A stretch of DNA of 64,000 bases from Octopus vulgaris (Eukaryota): NCBI GenBank assembly GCA_951406725.2, contig OX597815.1:19592001-19656000 (forward strand), given 5' to 3'. Of the stretch, positions 27,055 to 42,397 are shown in pieces. The notes beneath the pieces are model-generated. The model was not told where the DNA came from, searched no databases, and was given only the letters and a program-made list of their open reading frames with translations. How positions within the stretch are numbered: position 1 is the first letter of the stretch; each line of letters opens with the position of its first letter. Both the position numbers and the translations under genes were made by a program.

Positions 27055-27144
27055 ATGGTTATGTTATTACAAAGTGTATTTAATATTTCTCAACTAAATG
27101 AAGAGGCGACTATCAATTGCAGCGGCCGCAACAGCCGACCCTGG
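27055..27144 (+). other. Candidate short first coding exon (unverified)
   Basis: Non-repetitive island; open frame MVMLLQSVFNISQLNEEATINCSGRNSRPW ending at donor TGG|GTAAGA; no homology recognised. Confidence 0.25.
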
Positions 27145-27499
27145 GTAAGATGACTGCTTTTTTTTGATGACTTTTTTTTCACTTAGAGTATATTGTTTTA
27201 TTTGCATTTATTTTTTACACTCCCTGCGTAGGTGTCTGGGAGTGTGTGTCTGTGTCTGTGTCTCTGTGTGCGTATGTGTGTAGTGGGGTTCTGTACGAAT
27301 TCGTGTGTTTATGTATGTGACTTATGCATGTACATGTATAGTTTTACCGTGTGTTTCTTAGAGATATTAAACTGGAATAGAAAATCCATTCAAAATAGTT
27401 ACATAGGAAATCAAGACCAAAATAAAAGCATGTAAATAGTGTATCTATCTATCTATATATGTATGTATGCATGCATTCACGATTTATGTAATGCATATA

Positions 27500-27517
27500 T
27501 GTGTATATGCGTGCGTG

Positions 27518-27603
<86 letters not shown>

Positions 27604-27839
27604 TATGTATATATAAATATACCTATATATATATATATATATATATAAATATACCTACATATACATATATACATACATACATATAAATATTTATATATAC
27701 ACACATATGCATGTATGTAGAATATAAAAATATATACATAGATAGATACATATGCATATATACATATACATTATATAATGTCAGAATAACCATGCATTCC
27801 TCCATTAAGATATATCTACATATATCCATACATGCATGC

Positions 27840-27878
<39 letters not shown>

Positions 27879-27895
27879 CATACATATATACATAC

Positions 27896-27973
<78 letters not shown>

Positions 27974-28270
27974 GTATGTATCTATATCCATATGCATATA
28001 CATAGGGAAGTATATATGTACCCACACACATGTTTCTACAATGTATGCCTATGTGTGGGTGCATTTAAATGTGCATGCGTGCGCTTGTGCAATTACAAAT
28101 ATATATTTTGTGTAATCATACATAAATCATGGAATGCATCGTTGCATTTGTACAATTGTACAAAATTTCAGAGAAATGCTAAAGACTTTTGCAGGCAACA
28201 AGCAAAACGAAATTGATGGAGAGTAGTCCGATTCATAAATCTGCACGATGTTTCCATGCATGTATATATA

Positions 28271-28319
<49 letters not shown>

Positions 28320-28407
28320 TAACTATCCATTCAAGCATACGCCATTAGCCATGCCTGTATATACATGCACACATGCTTTATAGACAAGCACTCAAGATGT
28401 GTGTATG

Positions 28408-28450
<43 letters not shown>

Positions 28451-28565
28451 TCATATATACACACATATAGATATGTATATATATATATTTAAATAAATAT
28501 ATATAAATGTATATTTACATTCATATATATATATATATATATATATAAACATGTATATATTTGTA

Positions 28566-28603
<38 letters not shown>

Positions 28604-28617
28604 CATATATGTATATT

Positions 28618-28655
<38 letters not shown>

Positions 28656-28687
28656 CATGTATTTATGTATGTGTTCATTTACATATA

Positions 28688-28728
<41 letters not shown>

Positions 28729-28853
28729 GTATGTATGTATATATTTCTATAAATATATACATATATATATGTATGTATATATTTCTATAAATATATGCAT
28801 ACATATGTGTGTATGTAAATATGTTAAATTATACGCATGTACATATATATATA

Positions 28854-28902
<49 letters not shown>

Positions 28903-28932
28903 GCACACACTCACATACTCACAGACACACAC

Positions 28933-28975
<43 letters not shown>
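27500..28975. repeat. Extended (TA)n-rich low-complexity region
   Basis: Direct reading. Confidence 0.9.
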
Positions 28976-31029
28976 CATCCAGTTATATAATCTAAATAAT
29001 TTATCAAAGTTTACTTACGGTTTGCGATTATGCGCTTCTACATAGAGAATTAATTCATTTTCCATGTGTTCGTATTCACTATGTACATAATTCTTGCTAA
29101 ACCAATCGTGAGACGAATATATAGAATAGGAAACAATACAGCTGTGTGTACATGATGCATGAGAATGGATCGATGTATATGTATAGAAAAAAATCAGTAC
29201 AAATAACGATTATAAATTCAAAAAGATAGTTAGGTACGCATGCGAGTATATGCGTGTATATGTGTATTTCTATATATGTGTGTATGTTTGTATATGGGCA
29301 TGCATTGAAGTAGATGTATAGACTCAATGTGTATATGTATATACATAGTTAAAGATGACCATAAACAGATATGTATGCATGTATGTATGCATGTATATAT
29401 GTATATATGTATATATGTTTGTATGTATGTATGTATGTATGTAAGTATGTATGTGTGTATGTATGTATGTATGTATGTATGTATGTATGTATGTATGTAT
29501 GTATGTATGTATGCATGAATCTTGCGTGCTTTCATTATTTGGCATGTTTATAGACAACTTTTATATACTACCTGCTGAGCATATACATTATCTGGTAAAT
29601 TCATACATCATATGGTATATATTTATATACTAAATTTAAACTATATACGCAGCATGGTAAACTTATATCCTACCAAAACTATAAATAGTATAAACATGTT
29701 TATATGAAAGACTGAGCCATATCAATCAATACTAAATGAACACCTGGATCTTAAACAGGTACATTATTTCTGAATTATCCGGAGTGTTTACTCAAGTTTT
29801 GATAGTCATGTGTTTTGAATAACATAAGCACCCTATTATCCATATTTTCTTCCCCTATATACAACCAGTCATCGATACTATTTGTTTTTTTGGTGTTGTG
29901 AGCGACACACTGGATGTCAACAATGTCACGCTGTATGATGTAAACGTCACAGTGAATGATGAAACGTCACCAAATCAGTATTCTTTTTTGTTGACATTCT
30001 TTCTTGTTGTGAAGCGTTTGAAAATACTCTCCGCTGTTGTGAGGGAGTATTTGGATAATGAGTTGTCCTGTTTATGGTCTGTTGAGAGTATTATAAAATA
30101 CTAGTTTCCCCATAGCACTTTTTTGAATTATTATAGGATGCTGTTTATAGATTACTAGTTTGTTGGTGACGAGGGGAAAAGACAATGGCGTTTTAACGTA
30201 ACGTGGATTTTGTTTTCTCTGTTTGATATCGTCATTGGATAAAATGGATCTTAAGGAATCGGATTGCAAAAACCAACGAAAGAAACATAAGTGAATTACA
30301 CAGTATAAACAGAGAGGTTGTAATATGCACACGTGAGAAATACCGTTAAATAATTCTGCAGATTACGGCTGCAGTTGTTTAACACCGGGTCTGGATTAAA
30401 ATCATTGTATCCCTGAATACATATAGAACGATACAACACAATGCTTACTTCTTTTCCTAAGACACCAGGATTTGTGACTTAAGGAAGATGTCTTGACAGC
30501 ATAATATAGACGTAGGCTTGATTGCGTTTTGTACGACACTCATTTATGAAAAAGTAGAAAAATCTATCAATGTTTATTAACTGAAATTATGCAAACCGTT
30601 AATTGACAGCTAAGATGGATTAAATTTTTTAAAAGGGGTTAAGACGTATTATCATAGCTTATCTCCATAGTGACAATTTTGTAAACAAATCAGCATAGTA
30701 ATCACAGATGTGAGATAATATTTTGGGGTAATCGCTCAGATTATATTCAGACTTGAATTCCCTCACAACCTTACATTTTTTAAGTAAGCTCTTACTGATT
30801 TCGGTTATTGGGGATGGTCATTCTCAGACCACAACATTCCAGTGGTCTTAGTTAATAATAACGTACTCAATGTATAATTGAGCGATCTCTATTCATTGAC
30901 TCACTAAATTATGTTTTAGGTATGAAGGTATGCTCCTCTAAGCACCACTTTACACCGGTATGCACAAGCAGAACACACACACACACACTCTTTCACATTC
31001 ATTCATTCTTTCTTTCTTTCTCCCTGTAT

Positions 31030-31088
<59 letters not shown>

Positions 31089-31559
31089 CTCTTCTACCCA
31101 AACACACGCATATACATACACAATTATAAACTGAAATTTTGGAGTTCATTCACTTTTCCATATTTGGTGTACTTTTAATTTTTTTTTTTTTTGAGAGAGA
31201 GAGAGAGAGAAATACTCAATAACAATAATGATTTTTGTGCTCATTACGTTTAAAAGTTAATAGGTAAACGCATTATATTCAGTTCGCTATACGTCATTCT
31301 GCTCTTAACCATACTTCTTCGTGAAAGAAGAACCCTTACGAACGTCTCGTATGTCAATCCCTGGTGACCAAATTACACTTACGTACATTGGTCAATCGGA
31401 TCCTGAACCAATGGGCAGCAAACGTACATGTAAACAATACTGCTGGATATTTGTTTCTGTCTCCTATATCATGCTTATATATAATATAACAGATTGAGAG
31501 ATCGTTAGATGAGATATTGATTCTGAAGTGTCAATTAGAGTTTTATTAGCCCGCTATTG

Positions 31560-31785
31560 AGGCCGGTGAATTTGGCAGAATCGTTAAAAGGTCGAACAAC
31601 ATGCTTTGTAGTATTTCTTCTATCTCTTTACGTTCAGTGGTTCAAATGTCGCAGAGGTCAACTTCATTTTTTCATTCTTTCGAAGTGCATAAAATAAGGT
31701 ACCGGTAAAGTACTAAGACCGATGTAATTGGCTATCCAAACTTCCCTCAAAATATTTGGTCTTCTACCTAAATCAGAAACAATTA
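31560..31785 (+). mobile_element. Degraded SINE, family C
   Basis: TGGCAGAATCGTTA..GGTTCAAAT..GAGGTCAACTT..TTTCATTCTTTCG..TAAAATAAGGTACC. Confidence 0.7.
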
Positions 31786-32159
31786 AAATTTTGTAATTGC
31801 TGTTCTTGCTTAGGTTGAAGTCAATCTTGAGTGAGAAAACCGTTCATCAAAGATTTCCCAGCTATAATCAAGACGTCTCTTATTTTACAAAACACATAGC
31901 CAATGGGTTTATCAAATTTTCAAGAAGATGAGCTGTACTTTGAACATTTTTAACGGCTATTTTTAGCAGGTAGAGTGAGCATGTTGAATATACCGCTTGA
32001 ACTCGCATGATTAGGTTTTCATTGATATTTAACCCCAATTCAGTTATGGTTGAATGGTCTTTACTCAAAGGTGCCCCAACAATAACCAGTGGTTTATTTT
32101 ATTCGATGAATGTATTTAAGTTAACTTGATCCAGTATATCCTACATTGATAGCTCTTTT

Positions 32160-32940
32160 ACTTGCTATGTCTAAAAGAAAGGGCAGTGTCTATGGACCCC
32201 TCAAGCAGTCTAAAATCAGTGAGGTTGATGCCGTTAAAGTACCGTTTAAAATGTTGCGGGTCAGTACTATAAAAATGGAGAAGATCGGAGAAGTGAGTCC
32301 AAAACACTGGCGCTCTAGGGAGTAAGGGTTTGGCATAGTCGTAAGTACGAGATAGAGGAGTAAGGGTTGGATGCCGCAAGGGTGATAAAAGATGAAGTGA
32401 TGAGTCGTTGGTACCTAAATAGGTACGAGACGAGCCAGCTTCAAGGAGCAAAGGATATTTTATTAGATGTAGATAAAATGGAGGAAGGTGACAGCGTACC
32501 ACTGATGGAATGTTTTTCATAAGAGACCTCACTTGAGTCTTGTAGAGTGTAAGCAGCTGTTTGGGAATTAAATATTTTCTATCCGTGGAGAGAAACACTA
32601 CCCTTTGAGTCGTGATCTTTGATATTTTAAAGTCAATGTGATTTCTCCTGGAAAGATCCTCCGAGATAGTAAGGTCCAGCATTTCGATAGACTGTAACGG
32701 CTGTAGAAGAGCACCGCTCATGTTTCGCAGGATTGTGGTGCAGTGGTGATTTTTGATAACTTAAAGCCACTAAAATGGTATTTAAGAGATATATCGCTAT
32801 TATGTTTTACAGATCCAGAGATTGTGCAGGCGTTGACTTTTGATGTCTTACCACAGCATAATTGTTTCAATAAAGTTCTTGTTTCTTCAGTGGACAAACT
32901 GAACATAATGGAACCAGAACAGTATTTAAAGGTGATAATC
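32160..32940 (-). pseudogene. Decayed LINE RT C-terminal fragment (L2/Crack/CR1 group)
   Basis: ORF 32158-32721: LDLTISEDLSxxNHI..LLTLYKTQVRSLM resembles the LGxxxxxDLSWxxHI..LxxLYKxxVRPxLEY thumb motif. Confidence 0.7.
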
Positions 32941-33438
32941 ACGTAGTGAGAGGTTAAGAGAGAGAGAGAAACACACAGAAAGAGAGAGAAAAAAACAGAG
33001 AGAGAAGTACGTTCGTGAGTTTGACTAAAGTTAAACTACCAAGTAGTATTGTAATAGATGAGATTTAAATAAAGTTAAATAACGCCTACTCTAGGGTTAG
33101 CTTAACGTTCGTACACATACCGCCAAGATTGTCTAACATTTGTATTCTTCTACACTTATTATATATCAGCAAAGCCTGTAGTTATATACAACTATATATT
33201 GAAACATTTGTACAGTTGTAGGGCTTCACCTAGTTAGGTGGGTAATTACCAGCGCTGCATCTATAGTACATTAAGTTCTTTCTTCAACGAGATCTATAGG
33301 CGATATAAATATGTATGTGTGTGTGTGCATATATATATATATATATATATCATCGTGGTCAAATAATCTATCAGGTGACCCTATTAAGTTAGATATGGGG
33401 TGGGAGAACCAGTCTTTGTTCGAAACATACTTAAATTA

Positions 33439-33700
<262 letters not shown>

Positions 33701-35604
33701 TCTTTGTGATCGGAAACATTTTCTGGCAGAACAGAGGGACACACAGAAAGTTTTAGTGTTGCATCTACGATGCAAAGATGTTAATGTGTTTAGAGATAGA
33801 TGACATTTTCTTCAGCGAGTGTGTATGTGTGATTCTATATGCGAACATGTGTGTGTGTGTGTGGAATAAATGATGAATATTGTTGAAGCTATATGCATTT
33901 TGTTGAAAGTTTCACTACAGCAATTTATCGAAATTGACAGCATTATTTTTTAGGTGTATTTTATATACAGTTATTATGAAGACAGCACTGAGTTCTCAAA
34001 ATCACCAGCTTATAATTCGGTCTAGTGGCTTTAGAAGTGACTTCTGTTGTCTAACGTTGACTAGTATCTATTATGACACTTTTTTCTGTGTGTTCCTGTA
34101 TGTTTATTTAGTTTCAACTCGTGGACATATGTGCACTCAGTATATATGCACGCACATCTACATACATGTATGTATATACACATAAATTTATATGTGTATG
34201 TGTATGCATATATATATGATATGTGTACCACATGTCTGTCTATGTGCTGACTATGTGAATATCAATATATATATATATATATCAATATATGTATGTGTAT
34301 ATATATATAAATACATATATCAATATATATATATATATGTGGCATATATGTGTGTAAGCATGTATGTGTATGTATCTGTGTGTCTCTGTCTGTGTTGTGT
34401 GTGTGTGTGCAGTGTGTGTATGTGGAGCTGCAACGACGTGATATACATTAGTAATTAACCAGGAATCAATGAAAGAGTGAATTGGTGACAGATAGAACTG
34501 AGACGCGGATGAATAACAGATAAGACTTAACACTTCTGCACACATCACAGCATCCAAACAGACAACAATGGCCACCATTGTAAATAGCAATGACACTTGT
34601 AATGCTGATAAGGTAAATAATACCAAGAAAAGTTATGCACTCAGAATATGATGCTCTACGTGATCTTACGACCTACTAATTATAGCAGTCGAATCTCCCT
34701 CAGAATATTTTCTATCGTCTTGATCTTAAAGAAAAATTCTCGTTTACTATATAATTTAGTGCCTTGCAAGTGAAAGAGTGTATTGATATAAGACTGTGTG
34801 TTTACAGTAAACCAAATACAGCCATTTTGGGCCATAAATAAACAAACAGAAACTATTAAATTCACTTAACGTTTATAACGTGAGGTGCTTAAATTTCCGT
34901 CAAACCACTGTGACCTTGTTACTCTCATAATTCACTGCTTCTAAAGAAACTAGGTCGATGATTACATCTCAGCTTCGCGAGGAAAAGTTTAACACCTCAT
35001 GAAATAACTAAATGTTAATTCAAAAGCTTTTGTTCGTTTGGATGAGGTTAAAATGACTTTTTCAGTATGTGATTATTTATTCTAAACAAACCTGCCTAAA
35101 ACCAACATTGAGAAAATATACATCTCTAGCAAAGCACTGAGAAAAATTATTAAGTAGTTCTCATCCGAAGGTAGAGTTTTCTGCTGGAAAAACAATTCTC
35201 TCAGAACCTAAAAATTTCCTTTGAAAATTGAGGCAGGTATTTCCCCCTATATCAATAATTGCTGGCCAGCATACACTATGTTGTAGACAAAGGTAGGATG
35301 GCCACATTTAGTGTACCTTTCATTCTTAGTTCATCTGGAGTTAAGAAACAATACTGTATAAGAACGGACGTCATGGTCATCAAACTTTGAAGGAAAAGCA
35401 ACCAAATCTCTCACAATTCAGACACACTACAGTCTTTAAAAAGAAGTAGACAATAGGTAGTATGCCTCTAGACACACTGTCTTTATAAAAGATAGGACAG
35501 TTGTTTGTTTAACTTTTGATCAAAGTTTTGTTTAAATACGTTTGACATAGGGTTTAACCTTAGTATGTGAAAGTCTCAAAATTCAGAGTTTCTGATACAA
35601 TATT

Positions 35605-35930
35605 AGTGAAGGCTCAATGGTTAGAGCGTCGAGCTTACGATCGTGCAGTTGTAAGCTCGAATCCTGGACTGGGCTGCGTGTTTTGTTCTTGAGCAAGACA
35701 CTTTATTTCACGTTGCTCTAGTTCACTCAGCTGTAGAAATGAGTTGCGATATCACAGGTGCCAAGCTGTACTAGCTTTTGCCTTTCCCTTGGATAACACT
35801 GATGGCGTGGAGAGGGGAGGCTGGTATGCATGGGCGACTGCTGGTCTTCCATAAACAACCTTGCCCGGACTTGTGCCTGGGAGGGTAACTTTCTAGGTGC
35901 AATCCCATGGTCAGTCATGACCGAAGGATG
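35605..35930 (+). mobile_element. tRNA-derived SINE, family D
   Basis: A-box-like AGGCTCAATGG, B-box-like GCTCGAATCC, then TTCTTGAGCAAGACACTTTATTTCACGTTGCT..CAGCTGTAGAAATGAGT; partial second copy at 6174. Confidence 0.8.
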
Positions 35931-36921
35931 TCTCGGCAAGATACAATATTGTATTGATATATCATATTCTTTCTATTTATTGTTTTTTTTCTCGATATTG
36001 TTGATGATGATATGCGTCTTCTTGTTCTTATTTTAATAACAAGTCAGCTATGATCAGTCATACCTATGGACAAAGACATTCTAATTGTGATTATCTCATA
36101 GTTCTACATATCAACGACTACGCTTCTATTTATCATTTAAGACAACATATTGTGATTTTGAAGGAGATTTGGCTTCTATTTCTTATAGAATGATAGACCA
36201 CGAAAAACTCCATTTTATGGCGCGTTTCAATATTCTTCATTTTGATCGTCGTTTAGCCGCAAGTAAGCTCTGATTGGACGGCGTTATGATCATGGGTGTT
36301 CTAATCCTGACTATCACTTGTTTATAGGAACAGTGCAAATTCGACAACAATATTAATGTCTTTTTCTTTTAAGACATCTAATTCTAGAAGGTCAAACAAC
36401 CAGATGGAACTTCCTCGTTGGCCCATTTCTCTTGTTAACAAATCTAAACGGCCTTTCTGGTAGCAGTATCATAATTGATATGCAAGTGGTATCGACTCCG
36501 GAGCGCAATTGTGTGCGGAACTCTAGTCTGGATTATATGTGTGTAAGCAGATATGGAAGTGTTATTGTACTGTAGGATGAAGTCGTAAATAAGTTATGAT
36601 GAACAGCTTGTCGTTCAGAATAAGAGAATAAGTCTTCCTTGTATACCTTGTAAAACATATAACGCCTTTTTTGAAGACGATAAGTGGTATTTACTGTAAT
36701 CGGTAACATGTGCTCGGAATACGATGCATTTGAGATTCCAGATTGTATTTTCTGACCTCGAAAATATTTGTGGAAATCATATATAAATATGTGAAACTCG
36801 TATATAAATTGAATTAATTTTAATTATTACATTCATTTAACTATTTTAAATAAGTGTGTATGTGTGTGTTTGAGCATATGCGAGCGTGCCTGCTTGCGTG
36901 CATGTGTGCGTGCGTGCGTGC

Positions 36922-37015
<94 letters not shown>

Positions 37016-37116
37016 ATATGTATCTGAATCCATTCAGCTCGTATTTTATATTCGTTTCTTTTCTCCTTCCCGCTTTTGCGTTCTGTTTATTTTTCTCTCC
37101 TTTCAATATATTGTTT

Positions 37117-37153
37117 CTTTCTGATGAAGTACGAATGTTCGAAACATCAAAAG
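37117..37153 (+). ncRNA. Decayed minimal hammerhead motif
   Basis: TTT-CTGATGA-A-GTAC-GAAT-GTTC-GAAA-CA-TC-AAA; one stem II mismatch; ACAT is plausibly CpG decay of ACGT. Confidence 0.45.
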
Positions 37154-37236
37154 TATTCCTACTTTATTCTACTTGGACATAATAAGAATAAATTTATTCT
37201 TGTGTTTCCATATATTTGTTTTTTTTTTATCATTAA

Positions 37237-37354
37237 CCCTTTGAGCCCTGACCTCCTGAAACTTATGTTACCATATACCTGTTACTCCACCGGTGCTATG
37301 GTATAGAGAAAACTAAGCCATCTACCGGTAAACTGGTGTTATGGGCTCAAATGG
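37237..37354. mobile_element. piggyBac-type MITE (118 bp)
   Basis: TTAA|CCCTTTGAGCCC ... GGGCTCAAATGG|TTAA. Confidence 0.8.
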
Positions 37355-37657
37355 TTAATATATATGTGTATGTATAAATGAATTGCTAATTTTGAGAGAG
37401 CGTAGAAGCAAAATAGTCTCGTGGTTATAGTATTCGGCATCCAATCCATTGATGAAACGATATAATCCACTGATAATGTTGAGTTTTTTCTAGCAAGAGC
37501 AATATATTCTCATGGCCTCGATTTATATAGCTGTCAGATAATCTACGTATATCGACCTGCTTTTTAGGGATAACTTCTATAGGGCAGATGACTCATTGAT
37601 TATCGATTGATCTCATATACACGTAGACCCACACATAACACACACACACATGCACGC

Positions 37658-37689
<32 letters not shown>

Positions 37690-38338
37690 ACACTACACAC
37701 ATATGAATATGGATAGAGATTATAAATATACACATATGTACGCATGCACACAGATGGATAGATAGATAGATATACTTCACTGATGACATGGATAAATATA
37801 TAAAAAAGATAAGCCTATGATTGCGTGTGTGTGTATGTATTTATATTTATGTGTGTAAGTGTGAGTTTGGTGTGGGTGCTAGATAAATATGATAAGGAAA
37901 GATCGAGAAAAGCACCACAGATACTTCCCACCACACGTCGAAAAAAAATATTCCTCTTTACCGAGTGCAGATGTGCATTTGTATATTTTATGTGTGCGCA
38001 AGTGCTTGTGCACGTCTTTCATATTAGCATTGGAGAAGTAATGATTCTTAAATGCTTTAGAATTAAGAAAATAATATAGAGACTGAAATCTGGTAAAGAT
38101 AGGAGTAGCAAAGGTTCTACTTATTATACTGAAAAGAAATGATTTCTAAGGCCACCTGATTGAATGTGTTTGCATCAGTAATTCCATAACCTTGGATTTT
38201 CTCTGAAGAATAAAAGTAGACTCATGGAAGCAGGAAACACATTAAGTCTACCGTCATGCTGATCTTTTTGTCCATATTGGCTTTGTGGATATATCATGCG
38301 CATTTTTTTCGTATATGCATATAAACACACGCACATAC

Positions 38339-38373
<35 letters not shown>

Positions 38374-38424
38374 CACACCAGCATAGGCCCATATGCATAT
38401 ATATAAATATGAATATAAATATAC

Positions 38425-38473
<49 letters not shown>

Positions 38474-38532
38474 TATGCATGTATATATTGTATATGAATA
38501 TATATATAGATAGATAGATAGATAGATAGATG

Positions 38533-38564
<32 letters not shown>

Positions 38565-38659
38565 CATACATAAATTCGTACGCACATATTCATACACTTA
38601 TTTCCTCACAGATATTCGTATATAACGCGCGCGCGATCTCTGTGTGTATGTGTGCGTGT

Positions 38660-38724
<65 letters not shown>

Positions 38725-39116
38725 TGTACGCTCGTATCTGTATATGCAAGTATGTATGTTTGTATGCTTCACATATGTAAGAACAATTGCGTATTGGGAC
38801 AATTCTATAGGCAAATGTTATAAATACCATACCGTAGATTACATCTTTTTTTAAAACTGAAGATATTGTATCATTGTTTCCAGTTTGCGAGTGTCAGTCA
38901 GTGTGTTTGAGCGTATGTGGATGTGTGTGTCTCAGAGTGTGTGTGTTGCTGAACGCTTTTAGCCATAAAGAGAAAATACTAGATCATAAAGATTTTGTTA
39001 GAATTTGAAGTTTCTTAAAAACGTTAACAGGAATTTCACGTTTTCTATTGTTCAAGAGAAGCAGGAAAATACCGTAAAAATAAGTAACTAAAACTATTTA
39101 TAAATACCTATTTACA

Positions 39117-39520
39117 GACGCAGGAGTGGCTGTGTGGTAAGTAGCTTGTTTCCCAACCACATGGTTCCGGGTCCAGTCTCACTACATGGCACCTTATGCA
39201 AGTGTCTTCTACTATAGCCTCGGGCCGACCAAAGCCTTGTGAGAAGATTTGGTAGACGGAAACTAAAAGAATCCCGTCGTATATATGTATATGTATATGT
39301 GTGTGTGTTTGTGTGTCTGTGTTTGTCCCCCCAACATCACTTGAAAACCGATGCTGGTGTTTTTACGTCCCTGTAACTTAGCGGTTCGGTAAAAGAGGCC
39401 GATAGAATAAGTACTAGGCTTACAAAGAATAAGTCCTGGGGTCGATTTGGTCGACTAAAGGCGGTGCTCATGCATAACCGCAGTCAAATGACTGAAACAA
39501 GTAAAAGAATAAAAGAGTAG
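39117..39520 (+). mobile_element. Full-length SINE, family B
   Basis: Collinear with 19208-19620. Confidence 0.92.
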
Positions 39521-40504
39521 AGTATACCTCAAAATATGATTAAACAACGAGATTTGGTTGGTTTCCGAAATAACATAAGTTTTGTACCACATTCATTTGT
39601 TCATCAGTCATATGCAATATACGATATATATTTGTGGCGTCAGAAGCAAAATCTCTTATTTTCATTTCCCTACATATTGCATGAAGCCATACAAAAGAAA
39701 ACAATGTTTATATATGTATCGTGTAAATTACACAAAACCAAAATAAAGAATTTAGAAGCATGTGTGTGTATGTGTCTGTCTACGTGTATTCTGTGTGTGT
39801 GATGTGTTCATATTCTTAACGGTAGATTAGTGGGGAAATGGCAGTTCAGCCGGTGATGCTAAGGGAAAAAAGAGAGCAGGTTATCCTCAAACGAATCTGC
39901 TCACTAACATTTATATCAGAGTGAACACCACTAAGATTACTCTTGGGCTTGGTTGTGGTGTGAAACTGATCGAACTAGGAGCACAAAGAGCCGAGACAAG
40001 TATCACAAAGTAGCTGTGATCTGATGCTCTACCAATTCCCCCAGTCTGCTGCATTAGAACCGTACATTATTTTTTTTTCTAATGACCTCAAAAAGGATGA
40101 AGAGCGGTATTGATATATTCTAGATTTGAATACAAAGTGCAGAGAACCTTAACAAATGCCATAAGATTTTTCCTACGCTTCAACAATTCTCCCTATTCGG
40201 CAAACATATATATATGTATGTATGTATATATACGCAAGAGCGTGCGGGGAAAAGTGCAACCAGTAAATTGATTGAAAGTGATGCTAGAGGAGTAATGTAA
40301 AGAGTCGACATTTTGAGGGCGGGAAGAAATGGAAATGCAACAGGTTTGATCTAGTGGATAACAGCTTGATAAGTGTACAGAGTAAATATCATAAAATCGT
40401 AGAGAAAAAGGAACCTCGCTGCGAAACAGACTAAATCTCAAAAATCATTTTACAGTATACAGCAAAGGCAATACATTACAATATGCTCACACGAACACCA
40501 CATC

Positions 40505-40551
<47 letters not shown>

Positions 40552-40845
40552 ACACACACACAGTACTCACTCACAAATGCACATACAGGCATACAGATAT
40601 ATACGCTCATGTATATATATATATATATACGTATATGCATACACACAAAGCATAAATAGCCATATAATATATAAATATTTATATACATAAGCATATGTAT
40701 ATGTTAGATATGTATATATGTATGCGTATACATATATACATTATGTATACGCATTATGTATATACATTATGTATATTATATTATTCCACACGCACACAAT
40801 CATATATATATATATATATATACAGACAGTGTTGGAATTCCTTTG

Positions 40846-40965
<120 letters not shown>

Positions 40966-41304
40966 CAAAGGAATTCCAACACTGTCTGTTTTTTATGTTT
41001 TATTTATATTCTTTATAATATTAATGTAGGATATAGAATATATAGTATATATAGTATATAAAGTAAAATGAAATGAAGTGTTGATTGTCTTATTGAAAAG
41101 ATGAAATGTTGAATATAAAATATTAAGGGACTAGTATACTTTCTTGCATTTAAGCAGTCTTCAAGGTCCCAGGTTACGACAGGAGCGTTTCAACTGTATA
41201 TATATATATATACACTCACACAAACACACATACATGAATAGATACATGCATACATACATATACATACTTTCACATACACACGAACATACATATATGCACA
41301 TACA

Positions 41305-41395
<91 letters not shown>

Positions 41396-42261
41396 TACTA
41401 TGGTATAATTCAAATTATGTTAGTTCAAATTATGGGAATAATGCAAATAGGAAAATGAGCGTGAGCAAACAAAAAGAAAGTAAGCCAAATTAACAGGTTA
41501 CAATTGTTACTATGTATTCCAATATCTGAAATTTAAAACTTCTTTATTAAGAGGACCCGAATGATGGTAGTGCCCAGATATGTTGGATGAAGTTGGAGTT
41601 GTGACATGCGCAGTATGATATTACTACGATTGGCAATCATGTCCATGCAGTTTATAGCTTATAGTTTTTAGATGAGATTAGGCTGATAAGGAGAGCGTTC
41701 ATAATATTCAAGTTTAACAGTTTTATTAACGAGTGTGTGTCATGATTATATCATTTATCTAATTTTCTTTTACTAGTAGAAGTGCCAACGTGAAATTCTT
41801 GCTGCAAATATGCAGCTGGCAAACAATGTTTCTGACAGGAGCCACCACCACCCAGCAATTTATCTTCGTGAAGGAGTTTTATACCTGAAATATTCACTTA
41901 CAAATTACAAGTGTAAACTCTTTAGATGGATCAGTTGATAAATAGATAAAATTTAGAATTCGATTAGGCATTCCAGCTTTTGTTTTTTCTATTGATTATT
42001 CAATAAAATTCATTTTAAAACAGTAAAATGCAATTGCATTTTTCTGGTTATAAAATAATTTTTACAATTTTGTGCTCCTGTAGTAATTGCACTCGGCCTG
42101 TACAGCAACGGATACCAGAATTTTCTTATTTACTCCCTGTTGATTTAATAAGGCAGAGAATTGGCAGAATGGTTAGTGTCCCCCAATAACCACTTTCCAT
42201 TCAGTGAAATCCGTAAAAGAGCAGAACGCATAATACAATATAGCTTCATACGCCTGTATAA

Positions 42262-42393
42262 CGTTCAGGAATAGAAAAAAGTCTTTTACGTTTCGAGCCT
42301 ACGCTCTTCTACAGAAAGGGACACAGAAAAAAAAAACAAGGAGAGAAACAAGGAGAGAAAAAAATGTGTGTAGTGGTTAACGATCTATCATGG
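42262..42393 (-). mobile_element. Short HHR-bearing retro-insertion with an 11-bp TSD
   Basis: Flanked by CGCCTGTATAA (42251-42261) and CGCCTATATAA (42394-42404); homologous to 49425-49530; HHR-like motif at 42283-42318. Confidence 0.7.
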
Positions 42394-42397
42394 CGCC

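Noticed and set aside
29898-30104. 68-aa ORF with repeated NVT motifs
   Set aside because: GTG start, no splice or homology support; the motifs come from recurring (A)CGTCAC/TGTCAC words
33383-33435. HHR-like 3' half (GAAC..GTTC-GAAA-CA-TA-CTTAA)
   Set aside because: No CUGANGA-like core at the required position
41760-41890. Possible minus-strand terminal exon (IKLLHEDKLLGGGGSCQKHC..)
   Set aside because: Only an acceptor-like site, with no partner exon or recognisable homology
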